Shown: in pieces, positions 18,956 to 29,734 of the stretch | How the letters are laid out: every line of letters begins with the position of its first letter | How positions within the stretch are numbered: the stretch's first letter is position 1 | Assembly (NCBI GenBank): GCA_009859145.1 | Contig: VRVR01000017.1 | Coordinates: 1-61,085 of the forward strand | Direction of reading: 5' to 3' | DNA: 61,085 bases | DNA from: Andalucia godoyi And28 | Taxonomy: Eukaryota > Protista > Jakobida | Translations under genes and position numbers: made by a program | The notes under the pieces: model-generated | What the model saw: the letters and a program-made list of their open reading frames with translations, nothing else | The model's database searches: none | What the model was told of the DNA's origin: nothing

Positions 18956-20940
18956 TTAGGACATCTCGTCTCGCCCACGCTTCGCAGCGCGTGGCTGCAC
19001 TGTGGCAGGAAGAAATTGGAGACGCAACGCATTTAATTGCTGATTCACGTAATTGCGGTCGTCTTCGCGTTTCCTTTCCAGCTCCTTCAGTGCCACACTC
19101 AGGCGATCTACGTCCGCCCGTACATCGTGAATGAGTCGACGATCGGCCACAGAGCCAAAAAGTTTGTACAAATCACTCCATTTCGCAAGAAGGTCCTTGA
19201 CGTCACCCTTGAGAGCATTCACCGATTCTTCGCAGTGCGATCGCGTGTCATTCAACAAAAACTTCATTTCGTCGTAATTCTGGAACGGCATGAACGAGCG
19301 ACCACTGCCATTGAGAACAGCGCCTTCCGCTGCGAGCTGGGAGGTATGCGGAGCGGCAGTCGCCGACGCACCCGGCCCGGTGCTATTCAGCACGAACGGG
19401 CGCCCTGCCGACGCGGCACTTCCCAACTGAGACGCGAGAGTCAGGTCATCAAGGAAGTTTGATGGTGCGACCCACTCATCGACCTCGGTGTCGACAAACG
19501 ACGGCGAATCCCGGACAGCAGTAAAACTGAGCAAATGGTTCGAAAACCGGAGAGGAAGGTTTGGCCGCTGCTCTATCCCACCAAAGAGCAGTGCTTGACT
19601 TGGTTGCTTGATCCTCTTTTCATTTCGCTCATCTCCAACAACTGCAACTGCAACACCTGCCCGCTTTGAGAGCGAAACCCATCGAGACAGCTGGGCTTGT
19701 TCGGCACTGCGATGTCCTCTGGAAACGGGATGGCCCATCATCCATGCGTTCATCTGCGCATCATATACAGGCACCAAAAAGTCGATCAGCTCGGCACTGT
19801 TCTGCACTCCAGGAAACGTGTATGCATTTCCGGAAACAGCACCTGCACTCCCGCTCATGCTGTTGTTGTTACTGCTGCCGGGCAGCTTAATGGGCTCGAG
19901 ACCGCCAACAACGGCAATTCTGCTGGGCTGATTCCACTGAGGAAACGCAGCGGCAAACGACCAGCCAACTCGCGATATCGACCCCCCTGGAAGCAGCGGC
20001 TGCAGAGAATTTGTCCTCAGGTCGAACAGCAGCACATCCTTTGTGTATCGAAATGATCCATGGTCGTATCCTCCAAACAACAGAACAGCATCGTGTGGTG
20101 ACTCTGGATGGGGAACGCAGCTCATACCACTTCGATGCAAGAAGTGACGGTGCAAGGACTGCGTCACGTTCACAACGGAGCTCTCCCAAGCATTGTTTTT
20201 TGCAGAAAACGTCCATATTCTCCCTTCTTTTTCGGATGAGCCGCCGATGACCGCCATCTTATCGGATCCATGCGGCACAGCAGAGTGTCCGTATCTCGCC
20301 GACGGACCAATCTCCGTCGCTCGAAACAGCTTTAACTTCTTTTCATCGGCAACTGTAGGAGACGGCGTCGTCATCCCCGTGGATAACGACGACAATGAGC
20401 CGGAAGAATCCGTGCCATCCACGCTGCGAAAGTCGCTCACAGAAACATCCAGCGACGACAGGTTCACCAAGTATGTACAAGACGAAGGAGCACCGTTCGC
20501 AACACCGCCATACAAGATCAGGCTGGAGTCCAGGATGACGCTCGAATGAAATGCAAGCGCAGGCAACTGACTCGACAGCGCCACGGCCGCCCAGCTCAGC
20601 GTCTCCGTGTCCAGCCTCCAAAGATCATTGAAATACTGTGGTCTATTCTGTGGTGCTGGTTCCGAGTACCCGCCGTGCATCCACACCGCCCGCTCATTTG
20701 GCTGATACGCTATCCTACCAAACCACCAAAAAAAAAAACATCCCCGAATATTAGACATCCTCCCCTCATATTTTTCCAAATATCAACCCCCCCAAACAAA
20801 TAAACAATTTAATTATTATTATTATTATTTTAAAAAGGAAGAGGGAGATGCCGATGAAAAAATACATACGATGAAAAGCATCGAGGAGAAGGCACATGAT
20901 GCTCGGATCGCACTCTTCTCAGACCAAACAAATCAGCCAT
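18956..20940 (-). CDS. Kelch-repeat protein with C-terminal coiled coil (2 exons: 20940-20870, 20714-18956)
   Basis: Kelch repeats (PSPRCFSS, WMHGG, YFNDLWRLD, LILYGG, PSARYGHSA, VLLFGG). The GTATGT..TAG intron at 20869-20715 restores the frame. Confidence 0.8.
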
Positions 20941-21986
20941 CTTGTCCCAAGATTCATAAACTGATCAAGCAGCAGTCGTCCAGCTCCGATGTTTGACGAT
21001 TTGCGTGTTCTGCTGTTGTGCTGAAAGTCCAAACAAGCGTGAAAAGAAGACGGAGAAGAAAACCCTCAGCATGTACTGTGAAGCTTGTCTATCCGGAACA
21101 CGCTCGAGATCTTCACACGAAAACCAAAACCACGAGCGCGGCTGCGATTTTTGGAGAGCTTTTCTTCGCATTCAGGGTTTCTCGCGGGAAATGAAAGGCT
21201 TGCCTGGGGAAAAGAAAAAAGAAAAAACACACGCAGACATGATGCATTGATGCTAGAGCGGGAGAACCCGATGCGAAAGCCCTTCTTGTCTGCTTGCCAA
21301 AAAGACATGAATCCTTGTTGATCACCATCGGCTAAGCTGTCATCAAAGCCAGATCCAAGCCACGTGTTTTTTGCTTCTTTAATTGGGGGGGGGGGGGGGC
21401 GAGCACCAACTCTTCAATGCAGATTGCTCTGCATCCAAAGGGTCATCGCTTCTTCTTTTTGCTCTCTGCCTCCGACGAGAGGGGACCAACGGGTTTCTTG
21501 GTTCTCGGTATCATCGGGCATGGTCGGGTTGCGTTTGTTAAGAAGATCCTCCTTTGGAGCCATGCGATGTTTTTGTCGTTGATGAAAGGTGATGCTTGCG
21601 TGTTTGATTATTTAATTAAATAAACAGAAAATGATAGACAAATAAAGAAGTGATGAATGAAGAAATTGTAGACTTGACTACGGTAAGAAAATCGTATTTG
21701 TATGAAACGGTCACCCGTTGTCCTGTCCCTGTCCTGTCCTGTTCTGTTCTGTTCTGTCCTGTTCTGCAGCGATTCTAAAATTCGTTGATTCACACTGCAC
21801 TGTTTTTTTGGCAGCAATTTTATTTATTTATTTTCTTTCTTAAATTACGGATTATTTGTGGGCACAATCAGCGCTGTTTGTTGTTGCTTGTTGTTGCTGT
21901 TGCTGTTGCTGCTGGCTGGTTGTTAATATAATAATTATATATTATTATTATTATTATTATTGGGAGGGTATTGTTTGGTGTTGTAT

Positions 21987-23717
21987 ATGGAAGAGGATCT
22001 TTCGGGAAGGAGCTCTCCGGCGAGCGAGAACGATCGAGAGTATCTGCTTATGAGGCAGGTTGGCACGCTGACGACGCAACTTGAGACGATGTATTCGCAG
22101 CTTGAATCTCTCCGGAGTGCCCACAAGCAGGCTTTGCAGGGATTTGAGTCGTCCAAGGCAGAGGCTTCTGGGCTTCGAATCAGCCTTCGCGATGCGCAAA
22201 ATACGGTGATGCGATTGCAGACCAAGGTTTCCGACCTCGAACTGATGAGCTCTGAGCTTCAGAAGAGCCAGCATCGCAATGCAGATGCACAGGTGGAGCG
22301 GACAAAACTGCTGGACGAGATTGAGGACTTGCAAGTCCAGCTCAAGCAAGCGTCGGAAAATCAAGCGCAGTTCAGTTCGCTCAAGTCTGATTTGTCCAAG
22401 GCGTTGCGTGCCAAGAAGGATCTCGAGGCTGAAATCCAAAAGCTGACGCAGCTGCTCGGAGACGCGGATACACAGAGAGATTTTCTCAAGCAGGCAAAGC
22501 TGGCAGAGGAAATCCGCAACAAGAAACTTGCAAAAGACCATGAAGTCATTGTGAAGAAGCTTACGCGAGACCTGCAGGAGGAGCGATCCCGCAATGAAGT
22601 GCTGCAAGTGAAGCTGTCTGAAGCGTCAGAGCGTGTCCGTACCGGTCAGAACGAGTGGAGAGACAGGCTGAAGGAAGCAGAGACTGTGATTTCCAGAATG
22701 ACGGAAGAGAGAGAAGGGCTAGAGCACCGACTGGATGCTGCAGGCGAACGGGCAGACAAGGAAAGGGAGGAAAAGCAGGCTACGCTGCAGAAGAACGCGC
22801 AGCTTACTGAGCAGATCAGCTCCGAGAAGAGGTTTTCAGCGTGGTTTGTAGGAGAGCTGTGCTCGTCGTTGGTTTCGTTCGGTAACTCGACAGCGGCATT
22901 CGCTGTGGACTTGCCTGCTGCGTCCAGCGTGAGTGATGAGAACCCACGGGATCCAGCTCTTGCGATTCTGAGTGCCATCTCACAGCTTCGGAAACAGGTC
23001 CACGAAAAGATCTCCTTTGTTGATTCACAAACGTCGAGATTGCGCGAGGAGAACGAAGCGACGAGAGTCCAGATGGAGTCGTTCATGACCCGACATCGCG
23101 AGCTCGAGGAGCGCTGCTGGGCGCTTGAGCGCCAGATCTCGGATCATGCGTCGAATCAGACGTCTTCGTTTTTCACAACATCCTCGGGCACTACCAGTTC
23201 ACCAAGGAAGGACAGCAGTGAACATGAGTACATGGTGCAGTCTCCGCGTGTCTTGATGCTGCAGTTGCAGAGCATGCAAGATGAGCGTTCAATTGAAAGA
23301 AAGGCATGGAAAGAAGAGCTTGCGCAGCGAGAGATTTACTGGAAATCACAGCTGGAGGCGAGTCGACAGCAGCACTATGATGAGAAGACCATTATCAAGA
23401 ACCAGGTTGCGGATTTGGGCGAGAAGCTCAAATCTGCCGAGAGCGAGTTGGTGAAGATCCGCGCCGAGCGTGACGAATGGAGGTCCAAGTGCATCAACAT
23501 GGAAAGCGAAATGGCAAGAACCAGAAGCATTGCCGCCGAGCAAGGCCGCCAATACGAAGAAATGCGCGCAAGAACCCGTGACATGCACATGCTGGAGAAC
23601 GAAGTGGCTGTGTATCGCGGCCAAGTGGAAGCCTTGCAGTCTGAACTTCGGGAGCACATCCAAGGCAGGAAATCTTCAGCTACCCCTGTGAAGAGTCCGC
23701 AAGTTCGCAAGAAGTGA
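21987..23717 (+). CDS. Long coiled-coil protein (possibly centrosomal or cytoskeletal)
   Basis: About 576 aa of E/K/Q/R-rich heptads with no catalytic motif. ATG at 21987. Confidence 0.75.
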   Translation: MEEDLSGRSSPASENDREYLLMRQVGTLTTQLETMYSQLESLRSAHKQALQGFESSKAEASGLRISLRDAQNTVMRLQTKVSDLELMSSELQKSQHRNADAQVERTKLLDEIEDLQVQLKQASENQAQFSSLKSDLSKALRAKKDLEAEIQKLTQLLGDADTQRDFLKQAKLAEEIRNKKLAKDHEVIVKKLTRDLQEERSRNEVLQVKLSEASERVRTGQNEWRDRLKEAETVISRMTEEREGLEHRLDAAGERADKEREEKQATLQKNAQLTEQISSEKRFSAWFVGELCSSLVSFGNSTAAFAVDLPAASSVSDENPRDPALAILSAISQLRKQVHEKISFVDSQTSRLREENEATRVQMESFMTRHRELEERCWALERQISDHASNQTSSFFTTSSGTTSSPRKDSSEHEYMVQSPRVLMLQLQSMQDERSIERKAWKEELAQREIYWKSQLEASRQQHYDEKTIIKNQVADLGEKLKSAESELVKIRAERDEWRSKCINMESEMARTRSIAAEQGRQYEEMRARTRDMHMLENEVAVYRGQVEALQSELREHIQGRKSSATPVKSPQVRKK

Positions 23718-23848
23718 GAGCCACGGTTAATCTGCATCCCCGACACCACAAGAATTTTTGTATCATATGTCTCCGAAGAATGTCGTATAAACTTTCACAC
23801 ACACACAAACACACGCATATGATCGCGTGCACGCACGCATCCCTGCTG

Positions 23849-24157
23849 TCATTCTTCTTCATTGTTCAATCCACATTTCTTCTTCGCTGCCCTCGTTCGA
23901 GGAGATGTGGGCACTGTTCTATGCGATGGAGACTGCGTCAAAGCATCTGATTTCGATTCTGGTGTGGCTTTCGAGGCCGATTCTGAGTCTCGGAATTGCT
24001 CCATGTGCACAAGCTCTCTTCTTGACGGAAACTTCTCCAGTTTCTGCAGCACCCTCGGATTCAGAATGTCACGCTGGAATATAGATTCGATCGTCTTGTC
24101 TCGTGGCGACGTGTGCTTTGCAAGCAAAATCCGATACGCCATCCAGACCTTGCTCAT
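23849..24157 (-). CDS. Small hypothetical protein with degenerate RPEL-like motifs
   Basis: 102-aa ORF. ESIFQRDIL and LQKLEKFPSRRELVHM resemble RPEL actin-binding repeats. Confidence 0.35.
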   Translation of the reverse strand: MSKVWMAYRILLAKHTSPRDKTIESIFQRDILNPRVLQKLEKFPSRRELVHMEQFRDSESASKATPESKSDALTQSPSHRTVPTSPRTRAAKKKCGLNNEEE

Positions 24158-24425
24158 TTCTCTCTTCTTCCCTGCACGCACACACGCACGCACGCACGCA
24201 GAATTTAACACTTCAGTGCGCACCTATTTCAATAAAAATCAAAGAATCCAAGAAACGCTCACGAGATGTCAAGTATGCCCCCCCGTTCTCGTCACCTTTT
24301 TTTTTTCAACTTTGAAACGGATGCAAGGAATGGAAGTGAAAAAAAGAAAATTAATAGAAAAAAATAGAAAACGGATTGGCGGAAGAAGGCTCGGACTCTC
24401 TGAATTCAATTTTATGGAAGTGCCC

Positions 24426-24758
24426 TTACAGCTTCTTGTTGGACCCAAGTTCTGCAGCGACGCTTGATGTATAGTAGACCTGGACGACGGCTCCGACTGT
24501 TCCGACAGTGATGCAGACCGGGTGGATCATGAGTGCGCCGACGGCAAAGAGGCCCCAAGCAGCGCCCAAGTCCGTGAACCCTTGGTGCTTTCGTCCGAGT
24601 CGATTCCCAAGATCTGTGATGAACGCCAGCCCAAAGACGTACAGAAATGACGACAGAAACCCAGTCAGAAGTGTCAGCGGCGGGCTCGAGGTCAGCAAAG
24701 GGCGCAGAACTACAAGCAAACACAACAGCAACACGTACCCTCCAACAGCCTTCATCAT
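24426..24758 (-). CDS. KRTCAP2: Keratinocyte-associated protein 2 / OST accessory subunit KCP2
   Basis: Small protein with 3-4 TM helices. LTLLTGFLSSFLYVFGL and IHPVCITVG...YY match the KRTCAP2 HRVCxTT pattern. Confidence 0.65.
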   Translation of the reverse strand: MMKAVGGYVLLLCLLVVLRPLLTSSPPLTLLTGFLSSFLYVFGLAFITDLGNRLGRKHQGFTDLGAAWGLFAVGALMIHPVCITVGTVGAVVQVYYTSSVAAELGSNKKL

Positions 24759-25109
24759 CTTCTTTTCCTTTCTCCGCTGTTCCCACTGCCTCTCGATCGT
24801 ATCGTCTTCGTCTCCCAATCAAATCCAAGTGCTCTCGCAAACTTCCCCGAACTCATCTCGATGACACAGATGACAGGCTGAACCCAAAAAAAAAAAGAGG
24901 AAAACACGACTGTAACACTGTAAACACATGCCCCAAGGGCTCAGCACGCAAGGCTCAAGCACAGCATCAAGCCAGCTTGCAATCCTCTCGAGTTGATGCT
25001 TGGAGCCTTTTCTGCGGTGGAAAAGAAGGGAAAGCCAAGAAGAAAAAATTCTTAAAAACCGATGCTGAACGGACAACCCCGACGGCGGACAGCGACTGGA
25101 CAGCGAGGC

Positions 25110-25409
25110 ATGGAAGAGTCCGAGTTGGGAATAGACGATTCGGTTCTTCAGATGGAAGACGATCCGGTCAAAGACGGGTTGGCAAAAGGGCGAGGACGAG
25201 ACGATGGACGCCATGGACATCATCATCATGCTGTAGCGGATGAGGAGGAGGATGAGGATGATCCATTACTGGAACTTCGGTATCGGAAACTCGTGCGCAG
25301 CTTTGCAACATACGTAGTCGCTCCATTTTTTGTTGGATCAAGCTTGGCATTCGGAATGGCCTGCGGATACGCTGTCTTTGACCGGTTGGCCTCCGTCTTC
25401 AAAAAGTGA
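25110..25409 (+). CDS. Small acidic single-TM protein, possibly Mim1/TOM13-like
   Basis: Acidic N-terminus (EEEDEDD) followed by the hydrophobic segment YVVAPFFVGSSLAFGMACGYAVFD and a short basic tail. Confidence 0.5.
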   Translation: MEESELGIDDSVLQMEDDPVKDGLAKGRGRDDGRHGHHHHAVADEEEDEDDPLLELRYRKLVRSFATYVVAPFFVGSSLAFGMACGYAVFDRLASVFKK

Positions 25410-25761
25410 ATTCCAAGACGACTGTAGACATTTGTATTTTAAAAAAAGCTGCCTAAATTTTAAAAAACGGTGAAAATTCGGGGGGGTTTTCTCTATTGTG
25501 CAATGCTAATCGTGCAAAAATTGTCCGGCCGGATCTTTCTTCTTTTCTTTGTCCACCAAACGCTTCTCAAACATCCGAATTCGAATCCGTCGTTTGCTTT
25601 CTTGTTCGTTCTTATCACAAAAGTGTTGGTTGATCAGCATCTTCTTCTGCTTCTGCTTCCTCTGCTTCTTCTGATATCATACATCTCTTTTATTATTCAA
25701 GTTGCGTTTGTACTGCATTGTGCCGTGTGGCGTTGCGTTGCTTTTTTTGGTTTGATTGAAA

Positions 25762-27810
25762 ATGCCAGTTTCGAATCTCAACTATCTGCGGAGTGCACCG
25801 CGCAGGCCTGCGTCTGCGGGAGGGTCCACAGCTAGTTCTCAGGCGCATCTTCATCATCCGCATGGAAGGTCGGCGCTTCCGGAGGACTTTCCGGACCCGA
25901 AAGGGCTTTCTGCTACGATCTATTACACACAACTTGCTCCAAAGCAAGTGACGGCATCGTCATCGGCCTCGCGGAATGCGACTTTGCCGCCAGCTGAGAG
26001 CACCGAGGATCAGTATGTATACGGTTATGAACGGGAACCGGAAAATGAGTATGAAAGCCAGGCGGTTCCACATCCGGTCAATGTCGCTGGCATGGACGTC
26101 GACTCGGCTCTTGCGACGCTGGAGAAGCTCCGACACCAGCATATGGAACGACTCAGGATGGTCGAAAGCGCATACTTGGGCGTGCCGGGGGCTGCGTCGA
26201 GTCTGCACTTCCATGATCTTGCAAGCATTGCGTTTCAGCATCCTACACAGGAAGAGGAGGATATTGCAGACGCATTCGAGACAAGCGTCACGATGGAAGA
26301 AACCCAGCGGAATGAAGAAACCCAGGATGCAGGGGTGGTCACGGAATCCACGAAGAATCGAAAGACATATTCGAGGGCTGGAAAGTCAGCGAATGCAAAG
26401 CATGGTGGAGGAAAAGGCGAAATGCCTGAAAAAGGACGAAGTTCGCATCTGTACAAGAAGACTACCGATGATCATGATGGTGGTGGTAGTGAATGTGCGC
26501 AGGACGAAGCCGATGGAGGTGACGGCGACATGGAGGAAGAGGAGCAGCCGTACAAGACTCGCAAGATCAAGTTCACAATGACGAAGCCATTTCCTCCAAA
26601 GAACACGAGGACTGCAGAGGAGAATGATGAGGTTGGGGCATGGGGAGGCGATTCTGCGCGGACATCAGAAGTAAGTGATGGCGCCGCAGAAGACACCGAT
26701 GCAAACTGCGAGAAGACGGTCACTAAAAAATCATCGTCTTCGTCTTCGTCAAAGATCCCCGCTTCAAAGCGATCTTACTACGAGTATATTCAAGGAAAGA
26801 AGCAGGAAGAAGAGGCGATCAAGAATTTCAAGTTTCGTGCGAATCCGGTCCCGTCGCACGTCATCAACAGCTCTGCGAAGGATGATCTGGAAAAGTACAA
26901 TACACTTCTCAGAGAATCTCGAGAGCGTGAGAAGCAGAGAAGACGAGCGATCATTACGCAGCGAGAACGGGATCGTCAGGAAAGGGCACGGCGTGAAGCG
27001 GAGGAGAAGCGGAGAGAGTTTGCTAGGAACGCGTTCAAAGCGCATCCAGTACCGGACGCCATCCGCCAGTCCTCATGGGAGGATACAGTGCTGCAGGAGC
27101 AAGAGCGACGCGAAAGGATCGCGGCCAAGGCAAGGGAACTGCTTTCTGAGGTCGCCCTTCCGCCGAGGATGGCGGCCTATGAAGAGACTCTCAAACAAAA
27201 GAAGGAGGAACGGGAGAAGAAGTATGTGGAAGAGCTTCGAGCGAACCTACATCACGTATCTCGCTCGTTGCCAGACTTTACGAAGCTGCATGCGCAACTG
27301 CCAGAGACGCAAAAGGAGTCTACAGAGTCGTATGTCAAGTTTCGACAGTCGGCACTGGAGCGCAAGGCCCGTCCCAAACGCATGGAGCGCATCGGAGAGG
27401 TTCCTGCAACTGCCCTGGGGTACTCTCCAAAGGGGACGAAGACAGTGGAGCTTCGCAAGGTCATGCTTGTGAAGAAGGAAGAGGAAGAGCGTTTGGCTCG
27501 GGAGAAAGCCGAGGCCGAGGAGCGGAAGCGTCAAGAACGCAAGGAAATGATGCGCTCGCTCGTTGCTCCTCTGGTGAAGATGGATTCATCGCGCGAAGAT
27601 GAGGAACGGGCTGCTCGCCGGAAGGCCTTTTTGGAAGCCATGCAACAGCAGCAGGAAGGATACCAAAAGGAAGTTGAATCAATGTATGAAAGGGTGTCTA
27701 AGAAGCCCTTTTTGTTTGAGCAGGTGTCCATGGATGCAGCGCGCACTCGTGCTGAGGACACTGTGTTGCGGACGTTAGCAAAGGCCGGTGTCGAGATGGA
27801 AAACGCGTGA
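25762..27810 (+). CDS. FAM161: FAM161/UPF0564-family centriolar microtubule-binding protein
   Basis: FTMTKPF, FKFRANPVP, FKAHPVP, LPPRMAAYE, PDFTKLH, PKGTKTVELRK and KKPFLFEQ are characteristic of FAM161. Confidence 0.8.
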   Translation: MPVSNLNYLRSAPRRPASAGGSTASSQAHLHHPHGRSALPEDFPDPKGLSATIYYTQLAPKQVTASSSASRNATLPPAESTEDQYVYGYEREPENEYESQAVPHPVNVAGMDVDSALATLEKLRHQHMERLRMVESAYLGVPGAASSLHFHDLASIAFQHPTQEEEDIADAFETSVTMEETQRNEETQDAGVVTESTKNRKTYSRAGKSANAKHGGGKGEMPEKGRSSHLYKKTTDDHDGGGSECAQDEADGGDGDMEEEEQPYKTRKIKFTMTKPFPPKNTRTAEENDEVGAWGGDSARTSEVSDGAAEDTDANCEKTVTKKSSSSSSSKIPASKRSYYEYIQGKKQEEEAIKNFKFRANPVPSHVINSSAKDDLEKYNTLLRESREREKQRRRAIITQRERDRQERARREAEEKRREFARNAFKAHPVPDAIRQSSWEDTVLQEQERRERIAAKARELLSEVALPPRMAAYEETLKQKKEEREKKYVEELRANLHHVSRSLPDFTKLHAQLPETQKESTESYVKFRQSALERKARPKRMERIGEVPATALGYSPKGTKTVELRKVMLVKKEEEERLAREKAEAEERKRQERKEMMRSLVAPLVKMDSSREDEERAARRKAFLEAMQQQQEGYQKEVESMYERVSKKPFLFEQVSMDAARTRAEDTVLRTLAKAGVEMENA

Positions 27811-27926
27811 AAAAAAAAACGCCCCCTCTGGCCTGTCTTTTTAATGTAAATATTGTGAACTGGGAAAGAGAAGGAGTGGAGGGGGAAGCCACATGAAAGA
27901 ATGGGAGAACGCAAAAAAATTAAATT

Positions 27927-27981
27927 AAATGAAATGAAATGAAATGAAATGAAATGAAATGAAATGAAATGAAATGAAATG
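27927..27981. repeat. (AAATG)n pentanucleotide microsatellite
   Basis: Direct reading; about 11 units in the spacer between convergent genes. Confidence 0.95.
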
Positions 27982-28141
27982 AACTGAAATTTTAAAAAAC
28001 GCTGAAAAACGCTATCAACTATATTTTCGAATAGATTGTACAGATGTCGTGAATGAACACCCGCCAGACAAACAAGGGAGAAGAAGAAGAAGAAGATCAA
28101 CAACAGTTCTTTTTTTCCCTTCCTCCCCCCGCCAGGAAAAA

Positions 28142-29377
28142 TCAGGACTGTTTTTTCATGGAGTACGACGAATTCACTTTGCGCACGGAAGAGTCGAGCT
28201 GGAAGAAGCTCTGGTCCGCAGCAGTTGGGGCTGCAGATGGCGAGAACTGGTCTCCAACGAAAGGCGAGCCTGCAAGTAAGTTCGCTCTCTGGAGCAGGCG
28301 GTCTTGCAAGCTCATAAGGTCGTTTCGGGTGCAAATGCCGGTGACGCTGACGTTTCCGTACATGTCTCCGAGTTCTCGCATTGTGATTCGTGGATCAAGA
28401 CCACGGAACTCTTTGATGTCCAATACGTACTCGTTGCGCAAGCGAATCGACACGATTGCAAGTGTATCGGACGGTCGAGTGATGAGGACGAGCGGCTCCC
28501 ACAGCGCCTCGGACGGATTTTCATCGCACACAAGCGTGACCTCCACTCGGCAGTGGTCAAACTGCGTCTGGGAAAAGATGGATCCACGCTGCACGAGCTT
28601 GGCAACCATGGTCGGATCCGTGACGGTCGAAGGCAAGGCATCTCGAAAGAGCGACGCACTCGACTTTTCCGACACAAAGATAAATGCCGCCATCCAAAGT
28701 CGATACACATGTGCATCCGGGCACAGAAAGTCGACCACCCAGTCCTTTGGCGACGTTCCCATCATATCTCGCAACGAGAGATCCAGCTGCGAATTATCAA
28801 TGCAAAACGAAAACACATCGTGTGCGGACGTCTGCGTGGACGGAGCATACACACGCGTGGCTCCTGGCACCAAAAACACCGGGTATGCATCCGGAGACGC
28901 AGCGAGCTCTGCATACATGTCCCGCGCTCTTGCAGCACTGATCGTCGAGCTTCCCGGCTCATGCGTCGTCGTAACTGCTCTTCTCTGCATAAGCGATGAG
29001 TCAGATTTTGCATTCCGAGCATCTCCAAACTTCCCGGCCCGCTGCATTCCGCCACCGCTTCCCGCAGCATTTGTCGGTGACGAATTTCCCGGTGGTTGAT
29101 GTGGTTGCAACTGCTGCTGATGCTGCTGATGCTGCTGCTGCTTCAGCATGCGGGAGGTCCCAGCAGGCCGCAAGACCGGTGCGGACTGGTCGTGCACTCG
29201 CAGATCCACCAGCGACGAGTCGTAGTCATACTCCACATCCTGCGGCGGACGAACCGCAATGTACATGCAATGCGACCGAATAGGATCCCAAAAACACCAC
29301 CGATCGCGCCACTTCTTCAGCAAGAACGACTCTCGACGCACTTTCATATACGAGTGCACCACCGCATACTCGGACAT
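28142..29377 (-). CDS. Hypothetical protein with N-terminal PH-like domain and Q-rich insertion
   Basis: 411-aa ORF. SYMKVRRESFLLKKWRDRWCFWD is a PH beta1-beta2 pattern; CPDAHVYRLWMAAF is a PH C-terminal helix pattern. Confidence 0.6.
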   Translation of the reverse strand: MSEYAVVHSYMKVRRESFLLKKWRDRWCFWDPIRSHCMYIAVRPPQDVEYDYDSSLVDLRVHDQSAPVLRPAGTSRMLKQQQHQQHQQQLQPHQPPGNSSPTNAAGSGGGMQRAGKFGDARNAKSDSSLMQRRAVTTTHEPGSSTISAARARDMYAELAASPDAYPVFLVPGATRVYAPSTQTSAHDVFSFCIDNSQLDLSLRDMMGTSPKDWVVDFLCPDAHVYRLWMAAFIFVSEKSSASLFRDALPSTVTDPTMVAKLVQRGSIFSQTQFDHCRVEVTLVCDENPSEALWEPLVLITRPSDTLAIVSIRLRNEYVLDIKEFRGLDPRITMRELGDMYGNVSVTGICTRNDLMSLQDRLLQRANLLAGSPFVGDQFSPSAAPTAADQSFFQLDSSVRKVNSSYSMKKQS

Positions 29378-29440
29378 TTTCCTCTCCTTCTTTTCTTTGG
29401 TTGTCGCTGTTGCTTGTCACAGGATTCCCTCTCGTTTCTT

Positions 29441-29499
29441 CTTTTCTTTTCTTTTCTTTTCTTTTCTTTTCTTTTCTTTTCTTTTCTTTTCTTTTCTTT
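29441..29499. repeat. (CTTTT)n microsatellite
   Basis: Direct reading; about 12 units upstream of the PH-like gene. Confidence 0.95.
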
Positions 29500-29734
29500 G
29501 TGGTTTGTTTGTTTGTGCTTTTTTTTCCCTTTTCAAATCGATTCCCTCTTCGCCCGTTGAAACCCACCTTCCTCCAACACCGAAATAAAACAACGAAAAG
29601 AGAAAGAAAAGAAACTGGTCGCCGAGTGTCGACTGCGGACCGAGCAAGAACACGGAGCGCACCGCTGCATTACGGTGGTTGTTGCAGGTTGCAGGTTGCA
29701 GGTTGCAGCGTGCAGAGACAGGTCGGGGTTGCTT

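Noticed and set aside
20965-21570. Possible small spliced gene on the minus strand upstream of the kelch gene
   Set aside because: Fragments such as WFWFSCEDLE and FMSFWQADKK look coding but could not be joined or identified.
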